From a virus (lineage: Duplodnaviria > Caudoviricetes), in the IMG/VR virus record IMGVR_UViG_3300037067_008333, positions 23,925 to 87,924 of that record: 64,000 bases of DNA, one strand, 5' to 3'. Under the pieces are notes generated by a model. It saw only the letters and a list, made by a program, of their open reading frames with translations. It was not told where the DNA came from and did not search any database. Of the stretch, positions 48,215 through 57,973 are shown piece by piece. The first letter of the stretch is position 1; each line of letters starts with the position of its first letter. The translations under genes and the position numbers were made by a program.

Positions 48215-48692
48215 ATGGTGATTGTTTCCTTAAACCGTATGTGGCAATTAGCAGCGCATCACTTCGCCCATCAAGCAATCCACCACGGGGACCCTTTAAA
48301 TCCGTCACTATCTTGGGATATAAAGCAGAAGAGACTTTATACGCCATCTTCTTCGTGTCATCTTTTGACATTCCACTAAAGAATGTGTTTTGCCATATCT
48401 GCGGTCTTACGATCTCGTACGGTATTTCCAAGGCACTCAGCAAGCCTATCCAAAGACCGAATCCATATCCTATCTTAAACATGCTCACAACACCCTGTTT
48501 CGGCATGGCTTGGGCACGTTCTATATAAACTATATCAGGTCGTTCGGATACGAGTAAAGAGCGCATAACAGGTATATCATATTCACTCTTCCCACCTATC
48601 TTATATATATACTTATCAAAAAACTTTACTTCACTATCTGCGATAAGCGCCAATGCACCAGAAAGTCCCGGGTCAATGCCACCAACTTTCAT
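48183..48692 (-). CDS. ruvC: RuvC-like Holliday junction resolvase
   Basis: GIDPG..GA, YIE, G..YG.W, SDALLIA. Confidence 0.8.
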   Translation of the reverse strand: MKVGGIDPGLSGALALIADSEVKFFDKYIYKIGGKSEYDIPVMRSLLVSERPDIVYIERAQAMPKQGVVSMFKIGYGFGLWIGLLSALEIPYEIVRPQIWQNTFFSGMSKDDTKKMAYKVSSALYPKIVTDLKGPRGGLLDGRSDALLIATYGLRKQSPYEKSETKDQF

Positions 48693-48898
48693 TATTCTTT
48701 CCTGTTGTATGGCTTTGGCTTACGAGAAGTGTCATATGGGTTTCCGGTAAGAAGCTTTAGAAGTTCCTCAATACTCTTCAGTGTCTTTTTAATTTCGTAT
48801 TCGTGTTTTTCCTGAATAACTAGAAGACAAAGAGTGCAGTCCTCGAACTTATGATCGCAGAATTTTCCTTCCATGAACTTACACTGATTTGTTGACAT
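48692..48898 (-). CDS. Small hypothetical protein
   Basis: 68 aa, coupled to neighbours. Confidence 0.4.
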   Translation of the reverse strand: MSTNQCKFMEGKFCDHKFEDCTLCLLVIQEKHEYEIKKTLKSIEELLKLLTGNPYDTSRKPKPYNRKE

Positions 48899-49076
48899 TC
48901 TTTTGTTCTCCTTTATTGGATAATATGTAATTGGCTACTTTTAAAATTATATCGTCCAGATCGTCTGTACAAATATCTAGCTTTGCGCCAAATTGTATAG
49001 CTTCCATCAAGGTTGTTTTAGCTCCTTGTAGATGTTTAATTACACAACGTAAACATGGTTCATTATTATTGTCCAT
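48879..49076 (-). CDS. Small hypothetical protein
   Basis: 65 aa, C..C..KH. Confidence 0.4.
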   Translation of the reverse strand: MDNNNEPCLRCVIKHLQGAKTTLMEAIQFGAKLDICTDDLDDIILKVANYILSNKGEQKNVNKSV

Positions 49077-49254
49077 TAAAAATATAATCCTCTATTTTTT
49101 TGCGTAAATTTCTAATCTCTGACAAAAGATTTAATAAGGTTGGATCTGAGTTTTTTTGACTAATGTACTGAACTAGGTGTGATTCTGCGGCATGTAGCTC
49201 TCTTGTAGATTCAAGAGCGTGGAAGGTGGGACTTGACCATTTGTTTTCCGTCAT
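49066..49254 (-). CDS. Small hypothetical protein
   Basis: 62 aa, RBS GAGG. Confidence 0.4.
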   Translation of the reverse strand: MTENKWSSPTFHALESTRELHAAESHLVQYISQKNSDPTLLNLLSEIRNLRKKIEDYIFNGQ

Positions 49255-49264
49255 TGTTTTCCTC

Positions 49265-49480
49265 TTATCTTGATGTACTTGATGTATATGTCGTATTTCC
49301 GAATAACAGACGGCACAAAAACGTTAAGACAAATGCTTGCCAATACCCGATGTGCGGTAGGAAACAAAATGCACCGGAGTTCGCTAGATAGTTCCAAAGC
49401 AACATAACAGCAAGACCTATAATAAATGAACTACCAGTAATAATTGCCATCATTAAGACAAACGGTAATAGATACTTCAC
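49265..49480 (-). CDS. Small membrane protein
   Basis: Two hydrophobic segments. GTG start, RBS AGGAG. Confidence 0.5.
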   Translation of the reverse strand: MKYLLPFVLMMAIITGSSFIIGLAVMLLWNYLANSGAFCFLPHIGYWQAFVLTFLCRLLFGNTTYTSSTSR

Positions 49481-49492
49481 TATATTCTCCTT

Positions 49493-49696
49493 TCATTTAA
49501 TACGCTTATAATCATAGGTTCCATCTTCATACAGATATATTTTAGCTTTACCTGCTTGAATAGTCCTATAAAGATCTTGAGCGTATTTATAATCTTTTTC
49601 TTGAATCTTAGCTATAATACGGCAGTATGTAATAGCTTCTTGGTGATTTCTTTTACTTATAATATGTCTAAGAACCTTAATCCTGGGATGAAGCAT
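49493..49696 (-). CDS. Small basic hypothetical protein
   Basis: 67 aa. Confidence 0.4.
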   Translation of the reverse strand: MLHPRIKVLRHIISKRNHQEAITYCRIIAKIQEKDYKYAQDLYRTIQAGKAKIYLYEDGTYDYKRIK

Positions 49697-50009
49697 CCCT
49701 AATATTATACAAGATTTTCATCAATTTGTCAAATGTTTTTTCAACATTTTTATTGTATAGGTCTATGGAATCATATTCATCTTGTGGATGTTTGAAAAAT
49801 GTGGTTAAGAGATCTTCTATTTGTCTGAGATATTCACCGACAAAACACGTGCATCTTGTGATATCTATTTCATTAACTTGAGCCATAAATTCTATTCGAA
49901 ATTTCAGTACAGCTGTAGGACCTACACCGAGAGCATATCTATAATCGGCATCATTAACTTCAGTAAGACATCTTATTCTTTTTGCAATATTTTTACAATT
50001 ACATTTCAT
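49677..50009 (-). CDS. Hypothetical protein
   Basis: 110 aa. Confidence 0.45.
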   Translation of the reverse strand: MKCNCKNIAKRIRCLTEVNDADYRYALGVGPTAVLKFRIEFMAQVNEIDITRCTCFVGEYLRQIEDLLTTFFKHPQDEYDSIDLYNKNVEKTFDKLMKILYNIRDASSQD

Positions 50010-50010
50010 T

Positions 50011-50322
50011 CTATTTATCTCCTGTTATTTCTTCAAGGTCAGCACCATTAAACATATGTTCATGACCATCGTTATCGACCATTTCAATTCCTATTATTTC
50101 TCCAAAAAATCCATAGATGAGTTTTATGGATTTAATTTTTGGATCTTTCAGTTTCTTAAATCGTTTATTTATTTTTTCAACTTCAACCCAATACTTATCA
50201 CGGACATGTGTAAATTCTTTCCACATAGAAAGAAGTGTTTCAAACTTCATAATTGTATTTCTATCCTGCGCTTGAACAACTCCACGTAAGTTTCTCAGAA
50301 CATGTCGTTCTATCTGATTCAT
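50011..50322 (-). CDS. Hypothetical protein
   Basis: 103 aa, RBS GAGG. Confidence 0.45.
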   Translation of the reverse strand: MNQIERHVLRNLRGVVQAQDRNTIMKFETLLSMWKEFTHVRDKYWVEVEKINKRFKKLKDPKIKSIKLIYGFFGEIIGIEMVDNDGHEHMFNGADLEEITGDK

Positions 50323-50331
50323 GATGTTACC

Positions 50332-50784
50332 TCATGTTCTTGCATTCCAGAACATATTAATGTATTCGACTAGCTGTTCTATGGTTGGATACACTTTAAC
50401 AGCATTGAAGTGAAGCCATCCGCACCTTTCCTCTTTCTGGCTGATGACGAAGATTGGTTTACGTTTAGCAAGGGCATATCCGGCCTCCATGCCGGTACCC
50501 CAACTTGGTTCGTCGCCAGTCTGTACAACAATTGCATCTGACCGGTCAATATCATCCAGGTCACGTGCAATAATTTCCTGCATTTCTATTTTTCTTTCGC
50601 TCAATGATGATACTGTGTCCGTGATGGTAGTACCTTCAAGTATCTTTTTTCCTCTCATAGGATCCAAACATTGAATACCTATGTTTCCAAATAACAAGAT
50701 TGCTTTGTACCGGAATTCCCTGGCCTGTTCATAGGTTAATCCATTGATACGTCCACTTAAATAAACTGTCTTTATCACAAACAT
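50332..50784 (-). CDS. Nucleoside 2-deoxyribosyltransferase / nucleotide N-hydrolase-like protein
   Basis: VYLSG.I, DP.R, DLDDIDRSDA, SWGTGMEAGYA. Confidence 0.75.
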   Translation of the reverse strand: MFVIKTVYLSGRINGLTYEQAREFRYKAILLFGNIGIQCLDPMRGKKILEGTTITDTVSSLSERKIEMQEIIARDLDDIDRSDAIVVQTGDEPSWGTGMEAGYALAKRKPIFVISQKEERCGWLHFNAVKVYPTIEQLVEYINMFWNART

Positions 50785-51461
50785 TACCTCGCTATGTTAT
50801 AATTTTCCAGAAAGATTCCCATAATTTCTTTATTGAGAGTTTCTATACTCTGGTCCCCATTAACCATAACTATTTTCGTCTTGTCCAAACCCATCCACTC
50901 CAACCGTTGTTTGTCGTTCAATAACTCGATGTAATTCGCATGTACTCTTCTGAGTTTTTCCTCCTTTTCGAAATAATCGACAACTGCTTTTGTCGATGCC
51001 CGAGACCGTATACGATTCAGGCATATTTCTAACGGTGTGTCAACGAAAATCACAAGGTCTACGCCATTGATTTTATTTACAATCCAGGCCATGGCATACA
51101 TGAATTCATCTTGCGTACCCATATTATGATGGTATGCGTACTGTGAAATGGTGGTGTCGCGATCACGTATAATTACTGAGGATTCCATATACACAGCACT
51201 TCCATAAGGTAGCTGCTGCAGTTCTTCCTTACGGTCAAGGTATCCGTCTTTTGCCAGAATGTAACTTATGAAAGCATCATTCACATGTGGTTCTTTACCT
51301 ACAAGTTTGCAGGTATCGAACATTTCGGTCCGAAGGACACGCGGTTCATGAAAAAACCCTACTCTTAATTCGCTATTCGTCTTTTTAAGGCCTTCAACAA
51401 GAAGTTCAGCCTGTGTACTCTTACCACTACCATCAAGACCTTCTAACGATACTCTGAACAT
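50784..51461 (-). CDS. tmk: Thymidylate (dNMP) kinase
   Basis: EGLDGSGKSTQ, HEPR, DR...S..AY, DL..FVD.P. Confidence 0.85.
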   Translation of the reverse strand: MFRVSLEGLDGSGKSTQAELLVEGLKKTNSELRVGFFHEPRVLRTEMFDTCKLVGKEPHVNDAFISYILAKDGYLDRKEELQQLPYGSAVYMESSVIIRDRDTTISQYAYHHNMGTQDEFMYAMAWIVNKINGVDLVIFVDTPLEICLNRIRSRASTKAVVDYFEKEEKLRRVHANYIELLNDKQRLEWMGLDKTKIVMVNGDQSIETLNKEIMGIFLENYNIAR

Positions 51462-52381
51462 TAATCCTCCTTATACCATTCAATAGTTTTTTTGATACCA
51501 GTTAAAAAATCATAACGTGGTCTCCAACCATAAGTACTTCTGAGCTTCAATGAATTAACTAAATATTGCTTGTCATGACCAGGACGATCCGTTACATGTT
51601 TTATCAAAGATTCGGGTTTACCCAACACATCCAGGATAATCTTTACAACATCAATATTTGCCATTACTTTCTGTGTGCTGATATTGGTAATACTTCCTGC
51701 CGGTTCAAGAGACATTATCGTTTCAATGGCTTCACAAGCATCCTCAACATAGAGCCAATCTCGCATCTGTTTACCATCTCCGTAAATAGGAATAGGTTTA
51801 TTTTTCAAAGCATTGGTTATAGTAAGCGGAATAAATTTCTCTGTAAATTGCCGGGGACCATAATTGTTTGTCATACGTACGATGATAGCGTTAACACCGT
51901 GTGTATGAACATACGATTTTACCAGTACATCTGCGGCAGCTTTACTTGCCGAATATGGATTATGTGGATCAAGTTGAGCATTTTCACTTGACGGTGTTTC
52001 CGGAGTACCATAAACTTCATCGGTACTGATCTGAACAAAGCGTTTATCATAATGTTTTACAATGTCAAGAATGGTACCAACACCGCAGAAATTTGTCTGT
52101 AGAAAAATACTTGAATCTTTAATCGAATTATCGACATGTGTTTCTGCGGCAAAATTGAGTATTATATCTGAATTACTTATTCCGTATTCAAGATAAGGCC
52201 GTTGGATTTTGAAACAAATATCGACATTCAAAAACTCATAAGGTTTATTATTGGTAATGTTATTTTTATTTCCGGCATATGTTAATTTATCAATAACCAT
52301 TACTTCATGATTCTTGTTGAGTAAATGATTAACGAAATTACTACCTATAAATCCTAACCCTCCAATAACTAGGATTTTCAT
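51461..52381 (-). CDS. rmlB: dTDP-glucose 4,6-dehydratase
   Basis: GG.GFIGSN, DKLTYAGN, FAAETHVD, STDEVYG, YSASK, NNYGP.Q..EK, DRPGHD. Confidence 0.92.
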   Translation of the reverse strand: MKILVIGGLGFIGSNFVNHLLNKNHEVMVIDKLTYAGNKNNITNNKPYEFLNVDICFKIQRPYLEYGISNSDIILNFAAETHVDNSIKDSSIFLQTNFCGVGTILDIVKHYDKRFVQISTDEVYGTPETPSSENAQLDPHNPYSASKAAADVLVKSYVHTHGVNAIIVRMTNNYGPRQFTEKFIPLTITNALKNKPIPIYGDGKQMRDWLYVEDACEAIETIMSLEPAGSITNISTQKVMANIDVVKIILDVLGKPESLIKHVTDRPGHDKQYLVNSLKLRSTYGWRPRYDFLTGIKKTIEWYKED

Positions 52382-53112
52382 CTGTTCTCCTTATACTTGT
52401 TTTTCACATATTCCGAGCACGTAATAATACTATCAGGAGTACCAGCATCGTGCCAGAAACCATCAATTTCAGTAAACCGCATTTTGCAATTTCCCAGATA
52501 GTGATTGTTAACATCAGTAATCTCTAACTCACCACGTGAACTTGGTTTCAAGTTTTGGATGATATTGAATACACTATAATCATACAGATAGAATCCAGTT
52601 ACAGCCATGTTTGATGGTGGATATTTTGGTTTCTCTACGATATGAATGTTTTTCTGATCAAATACCCCAAAACGATGTGGATCTATTACCTCTTTAAGAA
52701 ATATGTGAGCTTGTTGGCACATATCATGTTCACCAGTGAAATACATCACTTCTGCCCGGAAGTCATTTTCAAAGATGTTATCTCCAAGAATAACTGCTAC
52801 TTGTTCACCACGGGGAATATTGTATTTTGCACATTGTAACGCATCAGCAATGCCACCTTCACCAAACTGATACGCGTAGTTTAATGTTTCTATTCCCCAC
52901 TCTTTTCCATTACCCAGGAAATCTACAAACTGACCTGAATATCTGTTTCCTGTTACAATAGTTATGTTGGTAATACCGGAATTAACTAGAGTCATGATAG
53001 GAAACTCTATCATAACGCGATCATAAATAGGCATAAGGTGTTTGTTACCTACACGTTTAGTGTATATACCCATCCGTGTACCTAATCCACCTGCCAAAAT
53101 AATTCCCCACAT
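52378..53112 (-). CDS. rmlA: Glucose-1-phosphate thymidylyltransferase (short form)
   Basis: LAGGLGTR, KHL.PIYD, Q...GIA, LGDN, EKP, RGELEITD, W.DAGT. Confidence 0.9.
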   Translation of the reverse strand: MWGIILAGGLGTRMGIYTKRVGNKHLMPIYDRVMIEFPIMTLVNSGITNITIVTGNRYSGQFVDFLGNGKEWGIETLNYAYQFGEGGIADALQCAKYNIPRGEQVAVILGDNIFENDFRAEVMYFTGEHDMCQQAHIFLKEVIDPHRFGVFDQKNIHIVEKPKYPPSNMAVTGFYLYDYSVFNIIQNLKPSSRGELEITDVNNHYLGNCKMRFTEIDGFWHDAGTPDSIITCSEYVKNKYKENR

Positions 53113-53133
53113 AAAATCCTCCGGTAAAATTTT

Positions 53134-53436
53134 TTATTTATCTATTGTTTGATTCTTTTTCCACGCTTCAAGATCCTGTCTGAACTGCCCACTGTTAAGA
53201 CCATAGTTATGAGACATACGGTCAGACATATACTTACAAACAAATCCAGCTTCCGGATTTTCATAATCAACCCAATAATATGCATCAAGTAATTGCCTTG
53301 ACCAATAATTTTTATGTTCGTTTTCTTTACGAAATTTAATTTCGTGAATGATAGACGTAAGACCAATTGAAAATAAGAGTACTGATAAAGCTATAACAAA
53401 TAAAACTCCTACTACAGTAAAAATAAAATGTAACAT
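53134..53436 (-). CDS. Hypothetical protein with N-terminal TM helix
   Basis: Hydrophobic residues 1-30. Confidence 0.5.
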   Translation of the reverse strand: MLHFIFTVVGVLFVIALSVLLFSIGLTSIIHEIKFRKENEHKNYWSRQLLDAYYWVDYENPEAGFVCKYMSDRMSHNYGLNSGQFRQDLEAWKKNQTIDK

Positions 53437-53464
53437 TAATTTCCTCTATCTTAAATTATAAGTA

Positions 53465-53947
53465 TTACCAACCCTTATTGTGTCTCCATCCAGTGAATGG
53501 TATTATTTCACTGTCTAGTGGAAATCTATATTCATCTGGATTTTCTCGATTATATACACGTGATGATATGTTTAATATCGAACACGGTGTATCACCCTCA
53601 GCAGCAAAACCATGGATTACACCGGGCGGAATAAGAAGTATGGCTTCCGATTCTTTAATAATGATGTTATTAATATTACCATACGTCTTTGATTGGGGGC
53701 GATAATCAAAGAGAATAACACGTGCTGTTCCATTTATTATAGTAAACCTATCAAACTGCTCTTTATGATAATGCCAACCTTTCGCATAACCAGCATTACA
53801 GACAGTTATGTATGCTTGACCAAACCCATAATCAGTAAAGATGGGATCATCATTACGGAGAACTTCATAGAGTAAACCACGCTCATCCGTATTAATTTTA
53901 AATTCTTTTAGGATTACACCATCAATTTGGTTAGTAATTTTTTCCAT
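53465..53947 (-). CDS. rmlC: dTDP-4-dehydrorhamnose 3,5-epimerase family (cupin)
   Basis: DERG, GWHYH..Q.D, D.R..S.TYG, IPPG..HGF. Confidence 0.8.
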   Translation of the reverse strand: MEKITNQIDGVILKEFKINTDERGLLYEVLRNDDPIFTDYGFGQAYITVCNAGYAKGWHYHKEQFDRFTIINGTARVILFDYRPQSKTYGNINNIIIKESEAILLIPPGVIHGFAAEGDTPCSILNISSRVYNRENPDEYRFPLDSEIIPFTGWRHNKGW

Positions 53948-54305
53948 GTTTATATCCTCTCATCTCATTGTATTTCATCTTTAGCTTGATATGTTTTTCG
54001 ATATCAATCTCCAGGCCACCGCACAGATCACCTAACCGAATATAGGTATCTGCGATCTCATCTTCAAAGGAATTTTTGACTGATGTTTCAAAGTTAATTT
54101 TAAAAAATTGAGAATCCTTGGTGTCATCAGGATACTGATCAATCCAACCAGTATAAGCATGATGGTTTTTACGATCAGCTTCCAAGGCTTCTCCGAGTTC
54201 TGAAACTATCAACATTAAGAGTTCACCGATATTACGTTTTTCATCCCAAAAACCATGTTCCTTGGCAATACGATGTGATTCAGATGACAACTCAAAAAGT
54301 TCCAC
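53931..54305 (-). CDS. MazG-like nucleotide pyrophosphohydrolase
   Basis: LIVSELGEALEA, EDEIAD..IR. GTG at 54305 after AAGGAGG. Confidence 0.75.
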   Translation of the reverse strand: MELFELSSESHRIAKEHGFWDEKRNIGELLMLIVSELGEALEADRKNHHAYTGWIDQYPDDTKDSQFFKINFETSVKNSFEDEIADTYIRLGDLCGGLEIDIEKHIKLKMKYNEMRGYKHGKNY

Positions 54306-54306
54306 T

Positions 54307-54519
54307 CTACCTCCTTTGGATAATTTTATTACATTCATCAAAGAGTTCAGTTGTGCCTTCACCTATCTGGTAATGAGACCAACCGAGATGCATTCTGAAA
54401 CGTTCATCCGCAGTTAAAAAATGTTCTAGTTTTATCCACAAACTCATGGCTTCCTTCTGCGTGTAATAACAACATGCTTTGGATTTGAATTGGTTAATTA
54501 GATCGATGACATTATTCAT
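54307..54519 (-). CDS. Small hypothetical protein
   Basis: About 70 aa from MNNVID, bridges PolB and MazG. Confidence 0.4.
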   Translation of the reverse strand: MNNVIDLINQFKSKACCYYTQKEAMSLWIKLEHFLTADERFRMHLGWSHYQIGEGTTELFDECNKIIQRR

Positions 54520-57500
54520 CTGTATTATCTTCAACCTCTTCAACCGGTTCTTCTTTTTTCTTGCGGACTTTCTTTTTCTTTATAGTTATGGGGTTATTGT
54601 TTTCATCAAACCACGAATCAATGGGGATATTTTTAGTCTTTTCGAGTGTTACCGGATCCATCTCAAAGATAGTCAAAGCTTTGTTGGCAACAGTACGGTA
54701 GTACTCAAGATCAAGCTGGGATATGTTTGTAACCTCTTCCTTGAGGATATAGCCGTCTTTTCCTTTGAAATACTCAATAGTATCACCTACCATCAATTCC
54801 TTGCCAAAAAGGTCAAGAGCACGCTTCATAAGCGAAGGCTGTAGAGCATTGGCATTTTTATATACCGATCCAGGTTCAACATGTTTATTCTTAGGAATCA
54901 GATTAGCATTTAGTTTCGTAACTCTGGTACGCTGCATGAATTCACTTAGCTCGAATTGATTGAGAGCATAGAATGACTTAGCAAGTTCTATAATTCCAGC
55001 TTCGTTTTCACATTCTATGATCCTGCGTGACATCATATTAATGATTTCATCATAGAACTTAGGAGCCCGGGAAGACTTCATAGAAACACCATGTAGTTCA
55101 AACTTACCTTTCTCATCTCTGAGAACATAATTCTTAGTCTTATGAAAATATCCGGAAAACTTTCCCTTGAGTTCGAAATTAACCCGACTCTTAACTCCAG
55201 TTCTGCTTTCGATAAGTTCTGCCACCCACTTATTGATACCCTCAAGGTCCGGTTCGCAATCTATGTAGATACCATCAGTATCATACGCTATCACATGCTC
55301 ACCATAGTATTTGAGAACGCTACCCAAAACCCACCGAGCAAGGCCGGCAATGCCTATGGCAACACCCATATCACCGAGCCAGGTAGTATTGAGACCGTTA
55401 ATTCCAAAAATGGAGTTCATGATAACCTTCACAGCGTCAGATTGTGATTTGAGGCTTATCTTCAAGGTATCATCACAATCTTTCATAGCCTTCTTGAACT
55501 TACCACGCATATCAAAGAAGTTATCCATTTCGCGGCGTAGAAATCCATCCTTGGATACATCTATCTTAAGAAGAACATCCTTCTGGAAGTTTTCATCAGG
55601 TATCCTAACCCATAGATTCTTCTTATCATACATAAAAGAATAGTCCGGTTGTTTCTCCAAGTAACTAACAAGCTTTACTGTATCCGGGGATAAGTTGAAT
55701 GTACGCATCAGGCTCGGGTAAAAAGATGCCGCGTCAATACCCCACAATTCTTTGTGAAGACCGTGGCGCTCCATTTTGGTGAGGGCTGCTTCAAACTTAG
55801 TATCGTTGTATCTGGTTGCATTGGATTCAAAAGGACAGATCTTCAAGGCAAAAAGATGCCTAGCTTGGAAGATTTTAGGAATAAAGCTGGCGTATGAGTT
55901 AACGACATTCTCAAAGGGAATACCCAACATTTCAGCCAGGGATTGCTGAACAAGAATGTAGATCTTAGCCAAGGCTGCTGTAGCTTCTACGTCTGAAGAT
56001 ACATGCTTACGAAGAGTATCTGTATGCAGAAGAGCCTGGCTGTTCTTGGTATAAACATCTTCACATTTATAGGTAGGTATCTTGTACCATTCAGCCACGG
56101 TAGCAAGCTTCCTATTCTTGATTCCGTGAAGTGAGTTTCCCGAAAAGTATGCATATCCATTGCGTCGTACCATCATGATATGATTAGATACTTCACAACA
56201 ATAAACCATTCCATTGTAATCCACCCACATATCATGTTTTCTGTTCTGATTCACTATGGGCATCTTCTGCTTGGTTAGAATCTGTACGCGATAGATTGGT
56301 TTCAGATTTTTGGAAGTTTCCTTGATAATAGTAGCGGCGTACCCAAGTTTCAATGCTAGTTCTTGTACTTGATCAGCAAAAATCACAGAAACAGTGGTGT
56401 ACTTAGCTGTAGAATAGTATCCATTTCGATTCTTTCGTGACACACACCCATCACCAAGCATTAGTGCATCAAACAAAATCTGTAGATATGAACGATCCAA
56501 CTGCAAAAATTCTTGCGGTATAAACTTAGAGAAACAATTACCAAACTGTGATAAGTACTGATATAACTGCTTGCTTTTGAAATTAATATTACCGGAGTTC
56601 CTACCAGTTTTATCGTGGTAGTATGATGTTTTAAATCCCATTCGGTGAATGCATGCGCGAATCTTCTCGACATTTCCGTCTTTTTTCATACTTTGGGAGA
56701 TGTTGATATTGTAGAGTCCGTTATCTTTGGAGTGATAACAACTTCCCTCTGATAGATAATACCCAAGGAACTCAAGCCAATCATTCATTATTATTTTGTC
56801 ATTATTTTTGTAGTTAAATTCCATGGCATTACGATCAATAGTAGGAATATCGAAATGGGTTATATCATTACCTTTCCAGTTCTTGGCAAACTTTTTAACT
56901 TTATACCGTTTTCCGATAACCTCGTTGGGTTTCTTTAGTTCCCATTTAGGATATGATGTTGTTCCATCTTTTCGTTGATACTTATTGAATTCACTAACAG
57001 GACACTGTACATATAGATTGTGGTTCGGTGTCACCAACATATCGATACCCTTAGATTTAACTTGGTACATTTTTCCAGTATGATGATACGCCACAAGTTT
57101 TATCGGTTTCTGATATTCGAGAGTGTCAGTTTCGGTATTCAAAGTAGCAACCTTATCATCTTTAGTAAGATTACTGAAACGTTTCCAACCAGAATCTGTT
57201 AACACATCAGTTTCAGAATCATAACATTGATCTTTCAGAACAAAGTTAAATACATCGAAAATACAACGTCCAAAGAAATGATACTCGCGTTTTCCACTCT
57301 TCTCACGATATGGCTGGGCAGCCCAGCGCGATAGGCGAGTAATGTTTAGGCCGTGCTTTTCAGCTCTTGTAATAAGGTATGGAATATCGAACCCATCTCC
57401 GGTCATACCAAGACAGTTATAGCCTACAATAATATCAGGATCAGCATCTTCAATAATATGAAGGAAATCGTTGATCATATTATAGTCAGTTGTTTTCTCA

Positions 57501-57973
57501 TCGTAGTTATCAAGAACTTGGGTAGGGCCATCATTAACCTTATAACCTATAGCTATTATAGGTTCGGTTTCAGCCTTGGGAAAGCGACCGTCACCACGGT
57601 TAAAAACTTCCAAGTCAAAGGTAAGGATGGTTGGAGTGAGGTTATTGGGATATTGAAAAAAATAGTCAGGATTCTTTACAAGGACATATTCAAAGTAAGG
57701 AAGGGCAAAGACTGTTTTCGTTTCTTTGTATTCAGAATAGAACTTTGAACATTCAAAGGGATTTCTGAATGTTTTACGAAATACTTCTATTTGTTCTTTA
57801 GTAGCAAGATCGGTATACTTCTCCCAAGTTGGAAAATCTTGATATGTGAAATTAGGAAAACCTTTTTTAATAAAACAAGTAGGTGCTGAAGGTAAGTCTA
57901 CATTTTCTTTTTGCTTGTTACTGACTATCGTTAGGCCATCTTTATTGACATACGCTACCAAGGGGACTTTCAT
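54512..57973 (-). CDS. polB: Family B DNA polymerase with intein in the 3'-5' exonuclease domain
   Basis: ExoI DLE, ExoII GYN...FD.PY, Pol motifs D.ASFYPS, K..MNS.FG, YDTDG. Start at 57973 or 58015. Confidence 0.92.
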   Translation of the reverse strand: MKVPLVAYVNKDGLTIVSNKQKENVDLPSAPTCFIKKGFPNFTYQDFPTWEKYTDLATKEQIEVFRKTFRNPFECSKFYSEYKETKTVFALPYFEYVLVKNPDYFFQYPNNLTPTILTFDLEVFNRGDGRFPKAETEPIIAIGYKVNDGPTQVLDNYDEKTTDYNMINDFLHIIEDADPDIIVGYNCLGMTGDGFDIPYLITRAEKHGLNITRLSRWAAQPYREKSGKREYHFFGRCIFDVFNFVLKDQCYDSETDVLTDSGWKRFSNLTKDDKVATLNTETDTLEYQKPIKLVAYHHTGKMYQVKSKGIDMLVTPNHNLYVQCPVSEFNKYQRKDGTTSYPKWELKKPNEVIGKRYKVKKFAKNWKGNDITHFDIPTIDRNAMEFNYKNNDKIIMNDWLEFLGYYLSEGSCYHSKDNGLYNINISQSMKKDGNVEKIRACIHRMGFKTSYYHDKTGRNSGNINFKSKQLYQYLSQFGNCFSKFIPQEFLQLDRSYLQILFDALMLGDGCVSRKNRNGYYSTAKYTTVSVIFADQVQELALKLGYAATIIKETSKNLKPIYRVQILTKQKMPIVNQNRKHDMWVDYNGMVYCCEVSNHIMMVRRNGYAYFSGNSLHGIKNRKLATVAEWYKIPTYKCEDVYTKNSQALLHTDTLRKHVSSDVEATAALAKIYILVQQSLAEMLGIPFENVVNSYASFIPKIFQARHLFALKICPFESNATRYNDTKFEAALTKMERHGLHKELWGIDAASFYPSLMRTFNLSPDTVKLVSYLEKQPDYSFMYDKKNLWVRIPDENFQKDVLLKIDVSKDGFLRREMDNFFDMRGKFKKAMKDCDDTLKISLKSQSDAVKVIMNSIFGINGLNTTWLGDMGVAIGIAGLARWVLGSVLKYYGEHVIAYDTDGIYIDCEPDLEGINKWVAELIESRTGVKSRVNFELKGKFSGYFHKTKNYVLRDEKGKFELHGVSMKSSRAPKFYDEIINMMSRRIIECENEAGIIELAKSFYALNQFELSEFMQRTRVTKLNANLIPKNKHVEPGSVYKNANALQPSLMKRALDLFGKELMVGDTIEYFKGKDGYILKEEVTNISQLDLEYYRTVANKALTIFEMDPVTLEKTKNIPIDSWFDENNNPITIKKKKVRKKKEEPVEEVEDNTDE
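56135..57226 (-). mobile_element. Full-length LAGLIDADG intein (364 aa) in PolB
   Basis: CYDSET start, TPNH, GYYLSEG and ALMLGDG motifs, ends YFSGN, +1 residue Ser. Confidence 0.92.
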
